This document shows positions 1 through 7,292 of a stretch of DNA of 10,506 nt, piece by piece. The notes under the pieces are model-generated. The model did not search any database, was not told the DNA's origin, and saw only the letters and a list, made by a program, of their open reading frames with translations. The stretch is from the NCBI RefSeq assembly GCF_006345805.1, contig NW_021827339.1, positions 1 through 10,506 on the forward strand. Reading direction: 5' to 3'. Source of the DNA: Octopus sinensis (taxonomy: Eukaryota). The position numbers and the translations under genes were made by a program. Each line of letters opens with the position of its first letter. Position 1 is the first letter of the stretch.

Positions 1-217
1 AGTCAGTCAAACCAGTCATTATGCGAGGCAATTAATGAACTCAGCAATGAAACAGAATAGGTCCCTTCTAACTGAATCTACTAACAACACACCTCATTTG
101 ACTATTTCATTACCTGGTTCTCAGAAACTTTGAGGTTTATATTTTTATCGAACAGGTCTTAACTAGATTTTAATATGCAACGCTAAAATGTCACATATGT
201 ATGTATACATAATATAT

Positions 218-218
<1 letters not shown>

Positions 219-270
<52 letters not shown>

Positions 271-292
271 CAAAGAAACAAAGAAAGAAAGA
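219..292. repeat. (GAAA)n / (GAAACAAA)n microsatellite
   Basis: Direct tandem GAAA run followed by GAAACAAA variants. It explains the FLSF-repeat tail of ORF 191..385. Confidence 0.95.
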
Positions 293-914
293 GAAAAATG
301 TTTCATTTTTTTTTAGCATATCGGGAACATGAGGAAGACATCTTTGGCTAAATATATTCTGACTCAGCATTTCAGCATTATCCATGGCAAGTTTTAACCT
401 TACTAGAAAAACTCCAAATAAATATTTTCTTGCGTTTTTCCCCTACTATATTCTTAGCAAACAAACTTCTAAAATAACTCGCACCGTTCATTTAACTTGG
501 ATGAAAACTAGTGTCTAAACGTACTACATTTTACGCATCTTTTGTGAGTCAGAGTATTCCCAAACCGGAATATCATCCTTGAAATATCAATTTTTCTGTA
601 GCCCGCTATTGTTTCTATAGATGTAGAGTCCTTTCTTCACGGTGAATTGATGGCATTGAACTTACCTGTAATCAAAATATCGTCTATTGGTACAATCAAA
701 ATTTATTAAGAATTGTGTTAAAAAATTGCTAAAATATTTTGCTTATTGTAAAAGGAGAAACAGTTTACTGTGTATAAATTTGAGCAACAGAATTGATATG
801 TAGAGACCATACGGACCCCAGTTGAGGAGCACTGTTTAAAATCAACTAAAAATTATGTTGCTAGGTCCTTGTGTGTCTATATGCTATATATATGGCCCTT
901 TTGACCAGGCTATG

Positions 915-1320
915 AGATATCCTTGTACATAGCCGGTAACAATGCACTTCCATTTCTTTCTTGATTCGCCCCTATCTTCCATTTAACCTTTATGCCGTTT
1001 TTTCATCGTCTTAGAGGCATTCTGAATGTATCCTTCTGTTGTCTTGGAGCATCACTCGACAACTGCATCGTCCCACCCGGTATCTGTGATGCTTCCGGCC
1101 CAGCAGAAATTGTACTTTTGATATTTCATGATCTCATTCTTCACATTATTCTCTTATCAAATTTATTCGTTCTGGAATTGCTTTTTCCAACAATATTCCT
1201 AGGACGGATCTTTTAATGAGCCCGTGTCGTGGCCGGTCGTTGTTCATCCGCCTTGATAATGTAAGAGTGCAAGAAGAACGGTGCAATAGCATGCCCTTGC
1301 CTAATTCCGCTTTGAGGAAA
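915..1320 (-). mobile_element. Degenerate RTE-clade non-LTR retrotransposon fragment (RT motif plus C-terminal region)
   Basis: Minus-strand translation across stops and frameshifts gives, in order, SGIRQG.AIAPF, IIKADEQRPATTRA, IKRSVLGI, WAG.I, E*.PRQQK...PLRR* and WKIGANQERKWKCIVTGYVQ. This follows the RTE ORF order GxRQG ... E.KL...QR.MER..LGI ... WAGH ... EW.PR...RP..RW ... W...A.DR..W, recalled from family knowledge rather than from a search. Confidence 0.65.
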
Positions 1321-1417
1321 TACATACATACATACATACACACATACATACAAACAGATAAATAAACAGACAGACAGACAGACAGATAGATAGACAGACA
1401 CACGGACAGATAGAGAA

Positions 1418-1456
<39 letters not shown>

Positions 1457-1475
1457 GACAGACAGACAGACAGAC
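1321..1475. repeat. Compound microsatellite (ACAT)n-(ACAG)n-(AG)n-(ACAG)n
   Basis: Seen directly. It accounts for the MYVC/LSVC/LSLS stretches in ORFs 1146..1613 and 1213..1401. Confidence 0.95.
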
Positions 1476-2520
1476 CGTCAGGTTCGTCAAGGGTCGCCCT
1501 GGTTTCGTCAGTGAACAGAACAGCTCATGTCTAACGTCATGTACTTTTGGGCCCACTGAAGCCTCAAACTCCTCTGAAGGAAGCAGTTTCATGGGTTCTC
1601 GCACGGAAACCATGGTTCTGAAGATGCGATTTCTGGTGGTTTTCGGTACATAAGGAAGCCGGGAGGCAGTGAAAATGGTTTTACTTGATGTCCAGGTTTC
1701 CCATGTAATTTGAGGTCAATATTCCTTAAATCCCTAGCTGTTACAGTCTTGGACATCCCACAAACGGCTCGTTTCTTCCTTGGAGCTCATATGGCTAAAT
1801 AATTCATCATATCAATAAATGTTATAATATCATTATGGTTTTCGGTTAAATATATACCCAATGTTTGCTTAATATGTGTTATTACCATTCGTTTTATTTA
1901 AAAAATGTATAGATGAGCTATTTTCATTCAAAGGCTATTAGCGTGGCTCTCCCCAAAACTGAAGAATCTGAAATAAAAAAGAAAATCAAAGAAATGACAT
2001 TACATAGAATAATGAAAACATAACAATGGTGTTGTGATAGTGTGAACACCAGCTGGGAAACGTTTTATCGAAATCGATTCACAGATAACCGAGAAATCCT
2101 AAAATTCACTCTTAAGCTATTAGTGTGGTTCTAGGTGTATCTATCTATCTATCTATAACGAATGTTTTAATAAAAAGTGGGTAAAAGTGGCAAAAATGGT
2201 CAGTATGAAAGACGACACTATTTTAAGCGTAAATCTGTGACCAAAAGAGACAACGAGAGGTAAGGCGACTTATCATGTGTTCATTTTCGAACTGTCTGAG
2301 GTGACCTTGGTCTTTTTTGTAGGTTTTTGTTTCCAGGGCTACACCTAAACTGTGAATTTAATATATTATTATATTTTATTACACCACACAACCCACAGAT
2401 CCCTATTGATCGAACGTTTCTTTTTCTTTGTGTCCCACCCATCCACCTCGAAAAGAAAAAACTCTACATTGTATTCGTCCATTTTTATTCTGTGTTTAGC
2501 CCTGTGTGGCCACAATAAAA

Positions 2521-2847
<327 letters not shown>

Positions 2848-2854
2848 AAAGGGA

Positions 2855-4670
2855 TAAGGGATAAGTGAAATACTAAAGGAACAGTATAAAAGTGTGTTCA
2901 CATCCCCTCTGGGGCACATGCAAATCACAACCCAGAAGTTTTCTTTGATGCCACAACACTCCAAAACCAAACAACAACCATCGACCACATAGACATAACA
3001 GAGAGGGATGTAAATCTGCCATAGAAGAAATGAGAATAAACTCAGCTGCTGGACCAGATGGATTCCCAGCAGTCCTCCTAAAAACATGCAGGCATGCCCT
3101 AGCGGACCACTGAAAAGCTCTTCAGTGGTTTCCTTGGCTACGTAAACTGCCCAGGGCGCTAAAAGAAGGCACCATATGCCCTATCCACAAGGAGGGAGTA
3201 GAGCAGAGGCCAAAAACTACAGGCCAGTCTCCCTGACGTCACACATAAGTAAGGTCATGGAACGAATCATCAGAAAAAAACTGATCACGTTCCTCGAAGA
3301 AAACTAACCGTCTCACTGACAACAAGCATGGCTTTCGCCAGAAGAAGCTGCCTTACGCAGCTGTTACAACACTACGACTGGGTACTGAAACAACTACTGG
3401 ATCGCTCACAGGTGGATGTGGTATATCTCGACTTTGCGAAGGCCTTTGACAAGTCGACTACGGAGTGATATGTCACAAATTACTAAGACATCTCCCCATA
3501 ACAGGAAAAGTAGGTGAGTGGATACATGACTTCCTGAAGGACAGAAGCCAGATGGTTGCAGCCAATGGAGCCCTCTCGGGAAGACACCAATAGCAAGCGG
3601 GTGCCACAGGGCACAGTCTTGGGACCCTTGCTGTTTTGGTGGCGCTCTCTGACATGCCCTTGGTAGCACAAAACAAATCCCTCACTAGCTATGCTGATGA
3701 CACAAAGGTAGCACAGGCAATCAAAACCCAGCTGATGCTGACCTTTTACAACAAGATCTGGATGCCAAACAAATGGGTTGAAGACAACAACATGCAATTT
3801 AATGCTGGTAAATTTCAAGCCTTACAAATACCAAGCTGTAAACACATATACATTACAAAACACAACTATACTGGTCCAGGAGGGATCGAAATCCCAGTAT
3901 CGAAATCAATACGGGACCTGGGGATAGACATGAGTGACATGCATCTTTTTCTTCACACATCGCGAAGGTGGCAACAATGTGCAGACGACTCACTGGCTGG
4001 ATCCTGAGGACATTCCGGACAAGAGACTGCGGACGAGACCATGTTGACACTATGGAGGACATTTGTCCTAAGCCGCCTGGACTACTGCTCCCAACTGTGG
4101 TCACCGCATAGTGTCAAACTAACACAGAGCTTGAGACAATCCAAAGACATTTCACCAAGAGATTTCTACCATGAAAGAAAAGAACTATTGGGAGAGGCTT
4201 AGGGAACTCAATTGTACTCCTTGGAACGAAGACGAGAGAGATATGCAGTGATACATATGGAAAATCCTGGTGGGACTAGCACCAAATTTGGAATTGAGAG
4301 CTGTTCCAATCCCCGTACAGGACGTCACTGTGTGGTGCCAAAGGTCCCGTCTTCCACATCCCGGGTAAGGAGCAGATACTGTAATAGCCTGGGTTCAGGG
4401 GCCCTCAGCTTTTCAACAAACTGCCAAGAAAACTGAGAGATCTACATGATGCGGATGTGGACATTTCAAAAAAACATCTAGACAAGCTGCTTTCCGGGAT
4501 CCCAGATGAACCCACTGCAAGTACGAGGTAACCTAAGGGCAGCAGACTACAAACTCTCTCTTAGATCAGTGGCCAGCCACGGCAAAACTGGACTTAGAGA
4601 GGGTAGCAACAAGGGCGGTGCCCCAGCATGGCTCAGCCGGATGGCTGAAGCAAGTAAAAGAGTAAAAGAG
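2855..4670 (+). mobile_element. 5'-truncated CR1-group LINE (ORF2 reverse transcriptase with frameshifts) ending in a (AGTAAAAG)n tail
   Basis: Motifs in order: SEILKEQYKSVFT, SAAGPDG, KNYRPVSLTS (3212-3241), HGFR, YLDFAKAFDK (3424-3453), VPQGTVLGPLLF (3601-3636), YADD (3690-3701), DLGI, TFVLSRLDYCSQLWSP (4059-4106), YSLERRRERY, PDEP, NSLLDQ. It ends in an 8-bp tandem repeat at 4653-4670, as CR1-type elements typically do. No endonuclease domain or ORF1 is present. Confidence 0.93.
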
Positions 4671-4712
<42 letters not shown>

Positions 4713-4748
4713 TTATATATATACATACATATATATATATATATATAT
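4671..4748. repeat. (GT)n-(AT)n microsatellite at the LINE 3' flank
   Basis: Seen directly. Confidence 0.95.
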
Positions 4749-5049
4749 TACTTGTCACGTTCTTCGTGGAGTTGAAGGTGATCACTATCCAAGTACAAGG
4801 TTTCTTGATTTTGACTCAAGCCTGTACAGGGATTTGCGTCTATGTTTTTACGAATTCACGTGTCGCTATTTATAATGAAGCGGCATATTCGAATACACTT
4901 GCACTCCTGCAATAAATGCATGTCTCCCTATAATATCCGTGTGTGTTCTTAAGTTTTTGTTCGGTGTGTATGATATACCTGTGTGCATGTCTCTTAACCG
5001 TAGCATATAAGTCATTAGGTGTAAGTTATAATTCTATTCGTTATTCTAC

Positions 5050-5051
<2 letters not shown>

Positions 5052-5083
<32 letters not shown>

Positions 5084-5164
5084 TGTATGTATGTGTGTAT
5101 GTATGTATCTATGTATGTATGTATGTATATATATATGGTATGTATATATATATATATATATATA

Positions 5165-5201
<37 letters not shown>

Positions 5202-5210
5202 ATATATATA
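5052..5210. repeat. (TATG)n-(TA)n microsatellite
   Basis: Seen directly. Confidence 0.95.
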
Positions 5211-5311
5211 AAGTTCAGCAACAATTTAGATTCAAATGAATATGGTACTTAATTTAGATGCACCAGAATTTTTTATGGTGTTACCCATAAAAAATATGCG
5301 GGGTGATTATA

Positions 5312-5669
5312 ATCAAAAATAAGCAACAAGAATGACTCCGGTAATTTAGTACAATTGTTTCGTACTACAACATTTTATTAAAGCTGTAAGTATACACCAG
5401 ATTTAAGATGCCGAGTAATCTTCAGCTAATTTTATATAGGTTTTCCAATAATATAAAGTTCTCAAATCAATTAATAACATCTTAGGGAAGGTAAATATAC
5501 AGATAAAGATGTAGATATGAATCTTAGGAACATGAGGTTGTGTAGTTTAGATGCCAACTGACCAAAATCTTGTTTACAACTCTGCTGTAATATTTAAAGC
5601 TTTTAATAAAATGTTGTAGTAGAAACATTGTACTAAATACCGGATCCATCCTGTTGCTTATTTTTTGAT
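5312..5669. repeat. Inverted repeat, arms 5312-5385 and 5598-5669, spacer 212 bp
   Basis: The reverse complement of 5312-5385 (AGCTTTAATAAAATGTTGTAGTACGAAACAATTGTACTAAATTACCGGAGTCATTCTTGTTGCTTATTTTTGAT) aligns to 5598-5669 with several 1-nt indels and a few substitutions. Confidence 0.9.
5343..5432 (-). ncRNA. Type I hammerhead ribozyme motif, family B (extended stem II, palindromic stem III)
   Basis: Minus strand reads AAATTAG-CTGAAGA-TTACT-CGGCAT...ATGTTG-T-AGTAC-GAAA-CAATTG-TA|CTAAATT. The core CUGANGA/GAAA/GUA is intact. Stem I has 6 bp with one bulge or mismatch, and stem III is the palindrome ACAATTGT. The 10.1-11.1 pair is U.C rather than the usual G-C. Confidence 0.75.
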
Positions 5670-5749
5670 ATATATAATATAATATATATATATATATATA
5701 TATTATATATTATATATATACTTTATTTTAAGCAGCAGAAAATTCAACA

Positions 5750-5797
5750 AAAATCTGTTACTCTGAGTTTCTCGTTGCCGTTCATCAGACAGATTCT
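5750..5797 (-). ncRNA. Minimal type I hammerhead ribozyme motif, family C, left copy
   Basis: Minus strand reads AGAATCTGT-CTGATGA-ACG GCAA CGA-GAAA-CTCAGAG-TA|ACAGATTTT. Stem I has 9 bp (one G.U), the core is perfect, stem II has a GCAA (GNRA) tetraloop, and stem III CTC-A-GAG is near-palindromic. The stem II closing pair is A.A. Confidence 0.8.
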
Positions 5798-5800
5798 AGC

Positions 5801-5845
5801 AAAACTGTCTGATGAACGGAACGAGAAACTCAGAGTAAGATTTTG
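5801..5845 (+). ncRNA. Hammerhead family C, right (inverted) copy, degenerate
   Basis: Plus strand reads AAAACTGT-CTGATGA-ACGGAACGA-GAAA-CTCAGAG-TA|AGATTTTG. The core is intact, but a 2-nt deletion in the 3' strand disrupts stem I and 1 nt is lost from loop II. Confidence 0.55.
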
Positions 5846-5941
5846 TTGAATTTTCTGCTGCTTAAATAAAGCATATACTCTACCACTGGTATTTGAGTAC
5901 TCTTTTTTTCCACCTTGTTTCACATTTATGTGTTTACTCCG

Positions 5942-5942
<1 letters not shown>

Positions 5943-5982
<40 letters not shown>

Positions 5983-6030
5983 TATATATATCTATAATAT
6001 ATATATTATATATATATATATACACACATA
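5943..6030. repeat. (TA)n microsatellite
   Basis: Seen directly. Confidence 0.9.
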
Positions 6031-6706
6031 ATATTATATGCTCGAACTACGAGAGTAGAAAAACAGCCAACAACTGATCGTTCTTTATGTTGTTTGTCTT
6101 GTTTTCCATGTGTGTCTTCCTTTGTTCGAAAAAATAGTTCATATTCAATGTACTCGTATTTTTTGTTGAGCACGTTTCGTGACGTCCTGTGCCCACATAT
6201 GCAAATATATATATATATATATATACTTATAGATGTATGTACATATACATATGTATATAAGCATATATATTATTTATATTATTATTATATATATACATAT
6301 TTATATATAGGTAGACATATATACATACATTGATATATATGTATGTGTGTATATATATTTTTTGGGGGGTTTTGCGTATACACGCGCACTCATACACATC
6401 ATACACACACACACACATGCCTGCATATACACGTACGTATACAGTTGTATACACACATATATGAGAAAGAAACTACCTGCATATAGGTATGCGTATATAT
6501 ACATACACACTCACATGCACACAGACTCACACATTCATATATATATATATATATATATAGAATATATATGTATGTGAGTGCAACATCACAATCAAGAAAC
6601 GGCCATAATAGGCCATTCACCCACTAGAAATAACAGCCAAAGCTTCAACCGCAAAATAACATCAATTCCGTAAACCAGGAGAAAATTAAAAAAAATTTAC
6701 CCTGTA

Positions 6707-6811
6707 ATTTCTTATACGATGCACCGTTTCATCTACTGTTTAATGGTAAACTAACCTGATAAATTAAATCAAGCCAATCTACCATAGGCCCTTAGATTCA
6801 TCAGTAGAAAT
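6707..6811 (-). ncRNA. Type I hammerhead ribozyme, family A, copy 1
   Basis: Minus strand reads ATTTCTA-CTGATGA-ATCTA-[57 nt]-TAGAT-GAAA-CGGTGCATCG-TA|TAAGAAAT. Stem III is A-U, C-G, G-C, G.U with a UGCA loop, and stem I has 7 bp with a one-A bulge. Predicted cleavage is between 6715 and 6714. Confidence 0.88.
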
Positions 6812-7188
6812 AGCCAAGTCGGAACAGATATTTTTCACGAGGCATTCCCGTCCCTGCTCGGCAATATCTGACCTAAAATTTTCAAATCATCGCACTCGCG
6901 CCAAATTACGGCAGCAAATAAATATAAGCCGCCCGATTCCATTACGGAATTAACCAGAAAATTCATAATTAATCAATAGGGTGGCACAAAAAATTTGTAG
7001 AATTTTTTTTCCACCAGCGGCCTAGTGGGAAAAAATTAAATAGTCATAGACCATTTTTAAGTTCAACATCACATCAAGGAACGGCCATAATAGGCATTCA
7101 CCCACTAGAAATAACAGCCAAAAGCTTCAACCGCAAATAACATCAATTCCGTAAACCAGGAGAAAAATAAAAAAACATTTACCCTGTA

Positions 7189-7292
7189 ATTTCTTATACG
7201 ATGCACGTTTCATCTACTGTTTAATGGTAAACTAACCTGATTAATTAATCAAGCCAATCTACCATAGGCCCTTAGATTCATCAGTAAGAAAT
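7189..7292 (-). ncRNA. Type I hammerhead ribozyme, family A, copy 2
   Basis: Minus strand reads ATTTCTTA-CTGATGA-ATCTA-AGGGCCT-[19-bp hairpin]-TAAACAG-TAGAT-GAAA-CGTGCATCG-TA|TAAGAAAT. It has a perfect 8-bp stem I, a 5-bp proximal stem II, a complete core and a GUA cleavage triplet. Predicted cleavage is between 7197 and 7196. Confidence 0.92.

Larger units (their letters stand above)
5721..5871. repeat. Near-perfect palindrome (arms 5721-5792 and 5805-5871, 12-nt spacer)
   Basis: The arms are reverse complements that differ only by four small deletions (5 nt in total) in the right arm. Confidence 0.95.

Noticed and set aside
1468-1520. Minus-strand hammerhead-like string CTGACGA...AGGG-CGA-CCCT...GAA-CC-TGAC-GG-TC
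   Set aside because: One A of GAAA is missing, the base of stem II does not pair, and stem I has only 2 bp before running into the microsatellite. It could be a relic but is not supportable.
1617-1980. CTGAAGA motifs at about 1618 and 1959 followed by GAAA
   Set aside because: The required stems I and III cannot be formed, so these are chance matches in AT-rich DNA.
1934-2133. 17-bp imperfect direct repeat GCTATTAGYGTGGYTCT (about 1934 and 2116)
   Set aside because: There are only two copies, and the intervening sequence has no element features.
2260-2336. Apparent 77-nt intron (GAG|GTAAGG ... TTTTTGTTTCCAG|G) giving ...RDNERATPKL*
   Set aside because: The upstream frame has stops at about 2156-2172 with no acceptor or ATG in frame. 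It could be a UTR intron but there is no further support.
3693-3700. CTGATGA inside the LINE
   Set aside because: It is simply the codons of the YADD motif, with no downstream GAAA or stems.
4793-4827. Bulged hairpin GTACAAGG-TTT-CTTGA/TCAAG-CCTGTAC
   Set aside because: It is a single imperfect hairpin with no repeat, motif or context to lift it above chance.
6160-6200. GTTTCG-containing segments (minus-strand CGAAACG) here and near 8579-8586 as possible hammerhead halves
   Set aside because: There is no CUGANGA upstream at a pairable position and no proper cleavage triplet with a stem I.
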